Below, one piece after another: positions 42,301-50,867 of a stretch of 64,000 nucleotides of DNA; position 1 is the first letter of the stretch; each line of letters begins with the position of its first letter. This DNA comes from Candidatus Pollutiaquabacter sp. GTDB lineage: Bacteria; Bacteroidota; Bacteroidia; AKYH767-A; 2013-40CM-41-45. The notes beneath the pieces are model-generated. The model had not been told where the DNA came from. It worked only from the letters and a program-made list of their open reading frames with translations, and ran no database searches. The position numbers and the translations under genes were made by a program. Location of the stretch: positions 20,503-84,502 of the forward strand of contig CANIAS010000003.1 in assembly GCA_947465495.1 (NCBI GenBank). The letters are read 5' to 3'.

Positions 42301-42451
42301 CAACGAACAAGAAGACTTAAAGCAAGTCGCACAGCAGAAGCTGGATGCGATCAATCAGTCGCGTGACGCTCGTGAAAAAGAATTGCTCGACGAGAAACGT
42401 CGTTTATCCGGTGCCGGCGACGATTCGCTCGAAGTTAATCCGATCAAGTAA
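39356..42451 (+). CDS. Large exported tetratricopeptide repeat protein
   Basis: Signal peptide from MVRRLL (ATG 39356, downstream of TAATTTTG at 39313-39320); many TPRs with YP.S motifs (CpoB/BamD-like). Confidence 0.88.
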   Translation: MVRRLLVLLIATISCTTVFAQKTTVYTEADRNYRLGLELLDKQKYGAARKAFEQTLYSTESISDEARMNSTYYIGWCAAELYQTDAEYLLLGFIQHYPESPKMEEAYFSLGNYYYRAKKYKKSLEWFSRLDLATLDKDERDEVNFKIGYSAYMTEDYDKASRAFFDVKDGDSKYATAAQYYYAHMAYVSENYETALKEFLKLRNSEAFAPVAPYYITQIYYKQGKYDEVLKYAPNALDSAGARNGMEIARMVAESHYRKGEYTTALPYLTDYEKNSPNAGASDYYAIAYSYYRTNQFEKAIPYFQKLTAVEDSLSQNAYYHLGDCFIHTNNKRSARNAYQSAAKMTFDPFITEESRFAYAKLSYELSFQSVAIEACRSFVKDYPESQHVAETNEILINIYASTRNYRDALIALDAIKTKTPGMKVAYQKVAYFRGIELFMDNKLQDAIKMFQTSLANPVDNRLTAEANYWKGEAYYKLGQYEQAVRSYNDFLFMPSAVTSEHYNLANYNAGYANFKLESYANSQTAFRKYIKDKPHTDPQRYSDALLRIADCSFMLRDQNAALDFYSQAIQSGAKASDYAYYQRGIILGVQGKLNEKIASLEKLIEQYPTSVYLDDALYETGQAHLTIDNNGKALTYFSRVINEFPSSSYVKKAELGEALVYYNEGKDEQATAACKRIISKYPNSNESREALSQLKNISVSQHKVDDYLAYVKEVPNADLSTAGQDSIVYEAAELLYTQGKCEEAQRDFDNYLSKYPNAVFKVNANYYRSDCLYRSKKYEEALPGYEYVIAQPKNSFTEKSLLNDALIQFRLKRYEEAAQRFDALEKSAEVKDNITAAQIGQLRAYYKIGKCDRALIAAGKLLANTSIDKDLQNEAQLITGRCYLAEADFAKSKAAFSVVAKRTNSEMTAESKYSLALIEYKQQNYKESQKLIFEVQKQVPSYDFWIAKSFILLGDDYLALKDTFQARETYKSIVDNFERESNEQEDLKQVAQQKLDAINQSRDAREKELLDEKRRLSGAGDDSLEVNPIK

Positions 42452-42481
42452 TCAATTCGAATACAAACGATGGTAACTACC

Positions 42482-44146
42482 ATGAAAAAGATAACGATAG
42501 TCAGTTTGCTGCTGTTTCCATTGATAGTATCTGCACAGCAACAGGAATCCGAACGGGACCTGGGAAACAAAGAATACATCATTGTGAAGGATTATAAACC
42601 CGTATTGGCCGAGTCTGTGAAAATCTCCGATTTGCCCGATGGTGATACCGCTACAGTAATTGCGCTGCCGCAGTCCTATGATTTCGAATCCAGAAAGGCA
42701 GAGATACGCTACGAAGCAGCCTCTATCAAAGCAGTTAAGATCAAAGATGAGCCGCTTCCAAAATTATACCGTTGTTACTTAAAAGGCGGTGGCGGAAATT
42801 ATTCCAAATACATCGGCGAACTCTATGTCAACTCGCTGCGCTCCAAGAAAGGTTCCTTAGGATTGGCAGCAAAACATTTGTCAGGCTCTCCATCATTCAC
42901 GGATTTTGGAAATGCAGCGTATAGCAATAATTTGGGGCGAATAGATGGAAATTATTTCTTGAATCATGCCACTATCACCGGTGATGTGTTCTATAAACGG
43001 GATGCCGTGCATTATTATGGCTATAACACAACGGATACCATCATCGATGATGAAGATTCTCGTCAACGGTTTACGGATATTGGTGCGCAAGCTGCCATCG
43101 CGAGTACGTTTCTTGATAGTTCCCATGTGAATTACCGAGGAGGAATCGCTTATTCCGACTTGACTGACGATTTTGGAGTGAAAGAGTCACAATTGGTTAT
43201 CGACGGTGCAATCGCTAAGAGGTTCAAAGAAACAACCTTGGGAATGGACCTCTCGTTGGCTTTTTTCAATAAGAGTGATGCGACCTTTCAGGAACTTTCA
43301 TTGAATTCTAACCTCGATCGAAATATACTTCGTTTCCGTCCTTATGTAGCATTCAACCGCGAACGCATACGTTTCAAGGGAGGAGTAGGTGTAGAGGCTG
43401 AAACCAACTTGGATGCAGCTGTGCATGTTTTTCCACGGTTAGAACTTCATGTTCCTGTATCAGAAGGCGTTCTTCGGTTCTTTGTAAAATTGGACGGCCA
43501 GATAGAAAAGAACAATTACCATACGGTAACGGCGGAAAATCCGTTCGTGAATCCGTCGGTAGTTTTCCGAAATACCATTCATCTAGTCGACTTTAACGGC
43601 GGACTTCAGGCGCGTTTCTCAGATGCCGTTTCGTTAATTGGATTTATTGGCTATACTAAATTCAAAGACCTCCAGTTCTTTGTCAATGACACTGTTAGAA
43701 TCAACAACTTTGATGTTTTGTACGATGATGCTAGCCGATTTCAATTACATGCTGAACTATTATTCCGTGCTACCGAAAAACTTGGCGTATCGTTCTTGTT
43801 AGATCAATTTAGCTACAAAACGGATGTGCAACAATATGCTTGGTATCGCCCAAATACCGTAGCGACATTGAAGGCTGATTACAATTTGCACGACAAGATA
43901 TTGGTCAATGTGGCACTGTTCGGATACGGCCAGCGCTATTCGCTTGAACTTTACTCTAATGGAAACCAGGTGATCAATAAAATGAAGCCCTATCTGGATG
44001 CCAATCTCGGATTTGAATATCGTTACTCGAAAATATTGTCGGTCTTTTTGAATTTCAACAACGTTGGCATGGCTAAATACCAGCAATGGTATGGTTTCCC
44101 CATGGAGCGATTCAATATGATGGGTGGAGTGACGTATTCCTTTTAG
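42482..44146 (+). CDS. Outer membrane beta-barrel protein (TonB-receptor-like barrel, no obvious plug)
   Basis: Signal peptide MKKITI..AQQ, amphipathic strands, C-terminal GVTYSF beta-signal; follows the TPR gene. Confidence 0.7.
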   Translation: MKKITIVSLLLFPLIVSAQQQESERDLGNKEYIIVKDYKPVLAESVKISDLPDGDTATVIALPQSYDFESRKAEIRYEAASIKAVKIKDEPLPKLYRCYLKGGGGNYSKYIGELYVNSLRSKKGSLGLAAKHLSGSPSFTDFGNAAYSNNLGRIDGNYFLNHATITGDVFYKRDAVHYYGYNTTDTIIDDEDSRQRFTDIGAQAAIASTFLDSSHVNYRGGIAYSDLTDDFGVKESQLVIDGAIAKRFKETTLGMDLSLAFFNKSDATFQELSLNSNLDRNILRFRPYVAFNRERIRFKGGVGVEAETNLDAAVHVFPRLELHVPVSEGVLRFFVKLDGQIEKNNYHTVTAENPFVNPSVVFRNTIHLVDFNGGLQARFSDAVSLIGFIGYTKFKDLQFFVNDTVRINNFDVLYDDASRFQLHAELLFRATEKLGVSFLLDQFSYKTDVQQYAWYRPNTVATLKADYNLHDKILVNVALFGYGQRYSLELYSNGNQVINKMKPYLDANLGFEYRYSKILSVFLNFNNVGMAKYQQWYGFPMERFNMMGGVTYSF

Positions 44147-44199
44147 CGGACTTTGTTAACCGGTTTCGTCTACAAATGAATGTCAATTCGACGTTCAAA

Positions 44200-44961
44200 C
44201 TACCGTGCGCCTGCTTTGAAGGAGGTGATGGCATTGCGTGTGAAGTCCGATAGGACCAACGTGCCACTTATTTCTGCTCGCTCAAGAAGCAAGGTGTCCC
44301 AATGATCGGTGCCTTCCCAGGCGACTTTTTTTAGCAAACGCATAGCTTCTGGACTGCTTACTGAAAGTCGCTCCGCCAATGAAATCACCGCTGCATCGAG
44401 TTCGGGGATGGAGGGAAACACTTCGGCATAGAGTCCTTTTGCTTGTGACCATTCTGCGGTTTGCCATGCTGTAGCATTGATCGCTAATTGTTGGAAAGCA
44501 GACTTTCCAACTTTTCGTTCGACGGCAGGGCCGACAACGAAGGGGCCAATGCCGACTGCTAATTCACTTAACTTAATGCTACTGTGAATCGTGGCTAATG
44601 TATAATCAGCGGCTGCAGCAATTCCTACTCCGCCACCAACAGCTTTGCCTTGCACACGGGCAATGACAAATTTAGGGGCTTTGCGAATAGCGTTTATAAC
44701 TGCTGCAAATCCCGAAAAGAAATGGCGACCTTGTTCTAGGTTTTCAATGGAGACCAGTTCATCAAAGGATGCACCGGCGCAGAAAGACTTTTCGCCTTCG
44801 CTTTGCAGCACGATGACACGTGCCTCTGGATGGCTGCCTGCCAGTTCAATTTCATTCGCAAGCATGCGCAATACGACACCTGGTAGGGAATTACTTTGCG
44901 GGTGAAAAAAGGAGATGAACGCAATGTGCTCCTTGATAGTCGTAGTTACGCGGCCTTCCAT
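44200..44961 (-). CDS. Enoyl-CoA hydratase/isomerase family protein
   Basis: FCAGASF, QGKAVGGGVG, LSELAVGIGP. Confidence 0.88.
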   Translation of the reverse strand: MEGRVTTTIKEHIAFISFFHPQSNSLPGVVLRMLANEIELAGSHPEARVIVLQSEGEKSFCAGASFDELVSIENLEQGRHFFSGFAAVINAIRKAPKFVIARVQGKAVGGGVGIAAAADYTLATIHSSIKLSELAVGIGPFVVGPAVERKVGKSAFQQLAINATAWQTAEWSQAKGLYAEVFPSIPELDAAVISLAERLSVSSPEAMRLLKKVAWEGTDHWDTLLLERAEISGTLVLSDFTRNAITSFKAGAR

Positions 44962-45088
44962 ATTCCGTATGAAATTTTGTTCTTAAAAAAATGAATAGTG
45001 AATGGTACTCTTTCAATTCCGCCCTGTCTGTCAAGACCAATCGATGGATGTTAATGGGTTATCTTCCAATGTGCCAGTAGGCACACGT

Positions 45089-45541
45089 TCAATTGGTGGA
45101 ATAACGTGGCAGCTTTCCTTCATTAATCAAGGCCGTAGTCTTTTCTTTATGCGCCTGGAAATCGCCAAACGCTAGAGCGGAAAGCATGTCTTCGCGGGAC
45201 ATTTTAGGATCTCCAAGCTTCTTGCGGATGTCATCGCAACAGCGATCCACAAACAATTCAAAGCGTTCAGGTGCCCAAATGTATTCCTTCTTTGACCAAT
45301 CCGGCTGGGTGCGGTCAATTGCAAATTCGTTGGGCAAGTCTCCGTGAATCACCGCTTTCACTTCAAGCCCATCGAATGATTTTGGCAACTCCCTGTTGTC
45401 AAATACTAACGGGCGACTAACGTCAATGACGTGTTTCTTGCGTTTAGGATCAATCATCTTCAAGCCGTTGATTCGCAATCCTTTTTTCTTCAGGTGTGCA
45501 AACTTCTTTTCGAATCTGTTCAATGTGTCGTATAACATCAT
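45089..45541 (-). CDS. Hypothetical protein in the paaZ operon
   Basis: 150-aa soluble ORF between paaZ and the crotonase gene, same strand. Confidence 0.75.
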   Translation of the reverse strand: MMLYDTLNRFEKKFAHLKKKGLRINGLKMIDPKRKKHVIDVSRPLVFDNRELPKSFDGLEVKAVIHGDLPNEFAIDRTQPDWSKKEYIWAPERFELFVDRCCDDIRKKLGDPKMSREDMLSALAFGDFQAHKEKTTALINEGKLPRYSTN

Positions 45542-45613
45542 AGGTAAAGTCTCCTTAAATAATGGATGAGTTGATTGGTGTCTTGAAGTCGATATGAATC
45601 GTTTGCTAATGAA

Positions 45614-47662
45614 TTAATTTTTACAAGCCACCAAGGTCAGAACAGTCTCGATAGCCACTTTTTCGCCACGTTGATTTTTCACTTCTACGTACCATTCTAC
45701 CACGCCTTGCGGTTGTTGGTCTTCTCGACGATCTTTCATAGTCTTACGCATGCAGGTAAGTTGTACCTGAATGGTATCTCCCACATACACCGGTTGAACG
45801 AAACGGAGATTGTCGAGTCCATAATTGGCGAGGACTGGTCCTTTCTTTGGATCCACGAATAATCCTGCTGCAGCCGAAATGAGAAAATATCCGTGAGCCA
45901 CGCGACGTTCAAAGATGGAACCTTCCAACGAAGTTTCGTCGGTATGTGCATAGAAGAAGTCGCCGCTGATTCCAGCAAAATTCACGATGTCAGCCTCGGT
46001 AACGGTACGCTTATGCGTCATCAACGTATCTCCAATCTGTATTTCTTCAAAGTATTTACGGAAAGGATGAATCACATCTTCGTGGATGTCTGCTCCGGGA
46101 AGATATTGATTCAAAATATGAGTTAAAGTTGTTGGTGAACCTTGTAGCGCCGTGCGCTGCATATAATGATGAACTCCTCGAACGCCTCCCATTTCTTCAC
46201 CACCACCAGCACGACCAGGTCCACCGTGTACCAAGTGAGCAAGAGGAGATCCATGTCCGGTAGATTCAGCGGCGCAATGGCGATTGATGACTAACATACG
46301 TCCGTGCATAGCAGCGGACCCTAGTACGACTTCTCGGGCGAAATGGTTATCGTTGGTGATAACCGATCCAACCAAACTGCCTTTGCCCATTTTTGCGAGC
46401 ATTGCAGCCTCTTCTGCAGTCTTGTAAGGCATGACGGTGCTTACCGGACCAAATGCTTCGATTGAGTGTGGAGAAGTTTTGTGAAATGGGTCCTTGCAAT
46501 AAAGTAGCATGGATGAAATGAATGCGCCACGTTTGCTGTCGGCTCCAACTGCTTCTACGTTGTCGATATCGCCATAGACGAGCTCGCAATCATTCAGTAA
46601 GATTTTTACCTTTTCTTTTACGTCCTTCACTTGTGCCAAGCTGGCCAAAGGACCCATGCGAACACCTTCTACGGCCGGGTCGCCAATCACTGTGTTTTTA
46701 AGTCGCTCGCTCAGTGCAGCAATCACGGCTTCTGACAGGTGCTCAGGAACAATGGTACGACGAATTGCGGTACATTTTTGACCGGCCTTCGCCGTCATTT
46801 CACGAGAAACTTCTTTGATGAAGAGTTGGAATTCATCCGTACCGGGTTCGGCATCAGGACCCAGGATACAGCAATTCAAGGAGTCCGCTTCCATGTTAAA
46901 ACGGATAGAATTGTCAAGGATGACTGGCTGCCTTTTCAACATTCTGCCTGTTTCAGCAGAACCGGTAAAAGTTACGACGTCCTGGCAGGTGAGGTGTTCA
47001 AAGATATCGCCAACACCGCCACAGACTAGTTGCAAGGCACCATCCGGCAGTATTCCTGAGTTCACGATTTCGCGCACCACGTATTCGGTGAGGTAGGAGG
47101 TAGCTGTTGCTGGTTTAACAATAGCGGGTACGCCAGCCAACAAGTTGACGGCTATTTTCTCCAACATGCCCCACACGGGGAAATTAAAGGCATTGATATG
47201 CAGAGCTACACCTTCCAGCGGCACACAAATATGATGACCAACGAATGTTCCGCCTTTAGAAATCATTTCCATGTTTCCATCCACCAGAAAAGGTTGGTCA
47301 GGAAGTTCACGACGTCCTTTGGAGGCAAAGACTAACATGGTTCCTATTCCGCCATCTATATCGACCCAGGAGTCAGATTTAGTAGCTCCAGTGGCGGCAG
47401 ATACCGCGTAGAATTCTTTTTTCTTTTCATTTAGATAAAGCCCTAGTGCTTTCAGCATTCGTGCACGATCGTGGAAGGACATCTTACGAAGCTTCGGTCC
47501 TCCTACCGTACGACCATATTCCAGCATTGCACTGAAATCAAGTCCATCGGACGTAGCACGGTAAATCTCTTCACCGGTGATGGCATGAAAAATCGATGTG
47601 CCATTTCCGGCACCTTCTATCCATTGCCCGAGGGCGTAATTTTTGAGTTTTAAAGACATCAT
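45614..47662 (-). CDS. paaZ: Bifunctional oxepin-CoA hydrolase / aldehyde dehydrogenase
   Basis: [37 protein letters not shown], plus C-terminal MaoC domain ([13 protein letters not shown]). Confidence 0.96.
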   Translation of the reverse strand: MMSLKLKNYALGQWIEGAGNGTSIFHAITGEEIYRATSDGLDFSAMLEYGRTVGGPKLRKMSFHDRARMLKALGLYLNEKKKEFYAVSAATGATKSDSWVDIDGGIGTMLVFASKGRRELPDQPFLVDGNMEMISKGGTFVGHHICVPLEGVALHINAFNFPVWGMLEKIAVNLLAGVPAIVKPATATSYLTEYVVREIVNSGILPDGALQLVCGGVGDIFEHLTCQDVVTFTGSAETGRMLKRQPVILDNSIRFNMEADSLNCCILGPDAEPGTDEFQLFIKEVSREMTAKAGQKCTAIRRTIVPEHLSEAVIAALSERLKNTVIGDPAVEGVRMGPLASLAQVKDVKEKVKILLNDCELVYGDIDNVEAVGADSKRGAFISSMLLYCKDPFHKTSPHSIEAFGPVSTVMPYKTAEEAAMLAKMGKGSLVGSVITNDNHFAREVVLGSAAMHGRMLVINRHCAAESTGHGSPLAHLVHGGPGRAGGGEEMGGVRGVHHYMQRTALQGSPTTLTHILNQYLPGADIHEDVIHPFRKYFEEIQIGDTLMTHKRTVTEADIVNFAGISGDFFYAHTDETSLEGSIFERRVAHGYFLISAAAGLFVDPKKGPVLANYGLDNLRFVQPVYVGDTIQVQLTCMRKTMKDRREDQQPQGVVEWYVEVKNQRGEKVAIETVLTLVACKN

Positions 47663-47829
47663 AGAAAAATTCCTTCCGTAGAAAGGACAACGAACGCCGC
47701 ACCTGCCGGACCCTCCGGACGTTGCGGCGTTAAATAAGTTAATTCATTGATTTCCCGCTTCCCCAAGCGTGACATCGATAAGATGCCGATTTGAAAATCA
47801 ATCGATTGTTTTAGGATCAAATAATCCTA
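47663..47829 (-). promoter_or_regulatory. Long structured 5' leader of paaZ (candidate cis-regulatory RNA)
   Basis: Promoter TATCTTTG at 47832-47839 with TTGACA upstream, followed by four structured elements (see findings). Confidence 0.5.
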
Positions 47830-48022
47830 TGCAAAGATAACCCAAAAGAGCGGTATGTCAAGTGGTTTCAACGATGCACTACGTATATTCAGATTCCTCG
47901 CTTTACGGGATTTCTATTTATTGAGTATTTTATTTAAAATTTTGAAAAACAAGTAAATAAGTAAATTTTTGAAACAAGATGCCGGTGCTGCAGGGCGGAG
48001 TGTTGTTCGCTTAGTTGGACGG

Positions 48023-49426
48023 TTATGCATTCACCCGAAGAAGTAGTGCGACATTCTCGACATGCCCTGTGTGCGGGAACATGTCAAAAGGTTGTATCCG
48101 TTCGAGACGATAATGGCTTGAAAGGATACGCACATCCCGTTCCTGGGTACGTGGGTTGCAGCTGATATAAACAATGCGCGAAGGCAGCAGTTTCAGCAAG
48201 GCTTGGTTCACATCACGATGATGACCTGATCGCGGTGGGTCCGTAATGACGACATCCGGTAATCCCAAGGCACTTATACGGTCACTCAGGATGATATCTT
48301 TTAGATCGCCGGCAACGAACTCCGCATTCGTGATGTTGTTGTTCTTTGCATTTTTTTTTGCCCAGCGTACAGCGTCTTCAACAAACTCGATACCAACTAC
48401 ACGTTTAGACGCATTGGCTGCACTTAAGGCGATGGTGCCTGTTCCGGAATAGAGGTCGTACACCGTTTGTTGGCCTGTTAGTTCGCACCAGTCGATGGCA
48501 GTTTTGTATAGTTGCTCTGTTTGCAACGTATTGGTTTGAAAAAATGAGCCTGGACTCATTTCAAACTGCAGACCGTTCAATGTGATAGGTATGGTGGAGC
48601 TGCCGTGTGCGATGATGGTATCAGCTTCATTTAATTTGCCATCCTTTTTGATGTTGATAGAATAACTGATGGATTGAACGGCAGGAAATTTATCGGTTAA
48701 TAGTTGAGTGATTACTTGCAACGCGGAGTCATCAAATTTTCCAAATACTATTCGCGTCATAATTGCTCCTTCATCGCCATATCGCACCATGAGTTGTCGC
48801 AGGATGCCTTGCTCCTTGCGCATATCGTAGAAGGATATTTTATGCGCCAAAGCAGTATCACGCACAGCATGCATGATGGCAATGGCAGAATCGGGTGCTA
48901 TACCACAATCGTGGATTTCCAGAGCATGGTCATATTTGCCTTGCATCATGTAACCTGCTGCAGGACGGAATACGGTAGCTGGGTCAGACTTTTCCTCTGG
49001 AGTCATCCAGCGGCGGTTGGAGAAGTTGAATAGTAGTTTATTCCGGTACTTTTTTTCAAGCGGGGAGGCGATAGGTAAAGGTGTGGATTGCCCTTCCGGT
49101 AGGTGTCGGTCAAAAAGCTGAGCAACTTGCCGATGTTTGAGTAGAATCTGATTGGAATAGCTAAGAGGTTGCCATTGGCAGCCTCCACAATGCATGAAAT
49201 GCTTGCAAAAGGGCGTAATCCGATCAGCTGACGGCTCAACCATATCGATGATTCTTCCAGAAAAAAGAGCATCTTCTCCTTTGGATATGCGAAGTGCTTG
49301 GATATCTGCTACATCACCGGGAATGGCTTTGTCAACCAAGACGGTACCGCCCGGAATCCGTCCGAAGGCATTACCACGGGCATCGATTCCTTCGATTCGG
49401 ACGTTTTTTACAAGTTTTCCTAGCAC
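48023..49426 (-). CDS. rlmD: 23S rRNA (uracil-1939-C5)-methyltransferase
   Basis: TRAM-like N-terminus, CKHF..CGGC, SFFQTN, DLYSGTG, DPPR, YISCNP, DMFPHTGHVE. Confidence 0.88.
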   Translation of the reverse strand: MLGKLVKNVRIEGIDARGNAFGRIPGGTVLVDKAIPGDVADIQALRISKGEDALFSGRIIDMVEPSADRITPFCKHFMHCGGCQWQPLSYSNQILLKHRQVAQLFDRHLPEGQSTPLPIASPLEKKYRNKLLFNFSNRRWMTPEEKSDPATVFRPAAGYMMQGKYDHALEIHDCGIAPDSAIAIMHAVRDTALAHKISFYDMRKEQGILRQLMVRYGDEGAIMTRIVFGKFDDSALQVITQLLTDKFPAVQSISYSINIKKDGKLNEADTIIAHGSSTIPITLNGLQFEMSPGSFFQTNTLQTEQLYKTAIDWCELTGQQTVYDLYSGTGTIALSAANASKRVVGIEFVEDAVRWAKKNAKNNNITNAEFVAGDLKDIILSDRISALGLPDVVITDPPRSGHHRDVNQALLKLLPSRIVYISCNPRTQERDVRILSSHYRLERIQPFDMFPHTGHVENVALLLRVNA

Positions 49427-49610
49427 GGAGCGAAGATAGTCAGTCGGTGGGAATGAACGGTCTTAAGTCGCTTGTCAATGGGATGTTGCTCAATAATTCC
49501 CGAAAGCTGATTCCTAACTACCAGGTATAGACTACTTTCCTGCCTGTCTATTTGGATTTATGCAATAAATAACTACTTTTGCATCCCAAATTAAAACCAA
49601 TAAAACCAGC

Positions 49611-49970
49611 ATGTTAAATCAGTATGAGACGGTCTTCATCGCCACGCCTGTTCTTTCGGAAGAGCAGCTGATGGACGTCGTCAACAAATTTCGCAAAATC
49701 CTCACCGATCACGGTTCCGTAATTGTTCATGAGAACAATTGGGGATTGCGTAAGCTGGCTTATCCAATTCAGAAAAAGAACACAGGATTTTATTACCTCC
49801 TGGAGTTTAAGGGCACCGGTGAAGAAATCGGCAAGCTCGAGACTGAATATAAAAGGGATGAGCGGGTTATGCGTTTCCTCACCGTGCGGTTAGACAGTCA
49901 CGCAGTAGCGTACAATGAAAAGAAGCGTAAGAACGCTGAAATCAAGAAACAAGAAGAATCAGCAGCTTAA
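49611..49970 (+). CDS. rpsF: 30S ribosomal protein bS6
   Basis: [20 protein letters not shown]; TACTTTTG -7 element about 30 nt upstream. Confidence 0.98.
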   Translation: MLNQYETVFIATPVLSEEQLMDVVNKFRKILTDHGSVIVHENNWGLRKLAYPIQKKNTGFYYLLEFKGTGEEIGKLETEYKRDERVMRFLTVRLDSHAVAYNEKKRKNAEIKKQEESAA

Positions 49971-49987
49971 AAAAGGAGGAAACAACC

Positions 49988-50254
49988 ATGGCAACATCCA
50001 ATGAAGTCCGCTACCTGAATCCACCGGCAGTTGAGACTCAAAAGAAAAAGTACTGCCGCTTCAAGAAGAACGGCATCAAGTACATCGATTACAAAGACGC
50101 TAACTTCCTCCTGAAGTTCGTAAACGAGCAGGGTAAACTTCTGCCGCGTCGTTTGACCGGTACCTCGCTGAAATTTCAGCGTAAAGTATCACAGTCTATC
50201 AAGCGTGCACGTCACTTGGCTTTGATGCCATACGTGGGCGATATGTTGAAATAA
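49988..50254 (+). CDS. rpsR: 30S ribosomal protein bS18
   Basis: YIDYKD...[12 protein letters not shown]...QR...IKRAR.LALMPY. Confidence 0.98.
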   Translation: MATSNEVRYLNPPAVETQKKKYCRFKKNGIKYIDYKDANFLLKFVNEQGKLLPRRLTGTSLKFQRKVSQSIKRARHLALMPYVGDMLK

Positions 50255-50275
50255 TAAAGAAGGAGGAACAGCACG

Positions 50276-50722
50276 ATGGAAATCATTCTCAAACAAGACG
50301 TCGATAATCTCGGTTATGCCGATGAAATCGTAAAAGTAAAACCCGGCTATGCCAACAATTTTCTCATTCCTCGCGGAATGGCTATTGTCGCTACCGAATC
50401 TGCCCGCAAGGTGTTGAGCGAAACCATGAAGCAGCGTGCTCACAAAGCCGCTAAGATCAAAGGTGATGCTGAATCAGTTGCCAAGCAGCTCGAAGCAATG
50501 ACGCTTAAGATCGCAACGAAAGTAGGAGAGACCGGAAAGATCTACGGATCAATCACTGCTTTGCAATTGGCAGATCAGTTGTCTAAGCACGGAGTTATCG
50601 TTGATCGTAAAAAGATCACGCTCGATACCGACCATATCAAGACCCTCGGAACGTACAGTGCTATGGTTAACCTGCACAAAGACGTGAAAGCCAAGGTGAC
50701 GTTTGAAGTAGTCGCCGACTAA
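50276..50722 (+). CDS. rplI: 50S ribosomal protein bL9
   Basis: MEIILKQDV.NLG...VKPGYANNFLIP, GKIYGSI. Confidence 0.98.
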   Translation: MEIILKQDVDNLGYADEIVKVKPGYANNFLIPRGMAIVATESARKVLSETMKQRAHKAAKIKGDAESVAKQLEAMTLKIATKVGETGKIYGSITALQLADQLSKHGVIVDRKKITLDTDHIKTLGTYSAMVNLHKDVKAKVTFEVVAD

Positions 50723-50746
50723 GCGAGAACATTTATTAGAGTAATG

Positions 50747-50779
50747 AAAAGACCGTTCTTTATAGAGCGGTTTTTTTTT
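50747..50779 (+). terminator. Intrinsic terminator of the rpsF operon
   Basis: ACCGTTCT-TTAT-AGAGCGGT followed by a long T-tract. Confidence 0.85.
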
Positions 50780-50867
50780 GGTCAGTAGTTGGTAGTCTGT
50801 AGTCCACCGACCACCGACCACCGACCAACCGACCACCGACCACCGACCACCGACCAACCGACCACTA
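50780..50867. repeat. Heptamer tandem repeat (CCACCGA)n with a 29-bp higher-order unit and a degenerate inverted arm
   Basis: 50804-50861 = [(CCACCGA)3 CCAACCGA]x2; 50780-50803 holds partly complementary heptamers (GGTCAGT AGTTGGT AGTCTGT). Confidence 0.9.

Noticed and set aside
49500-49610. S6:S18 autoregulatory leader RNA
   Set aside because: The -7 element is only ~30 nt from the rpsF start, and the leader is A-rich and unstructured.
50549-50857. ORF starting MVGGRWSVVGWSVVGGRW, and the repeat as a possible CRISPR array
   Set aside because: The ORF is a translation of the heptamer repeat; the repeat has no spacers and there are no cas genes.
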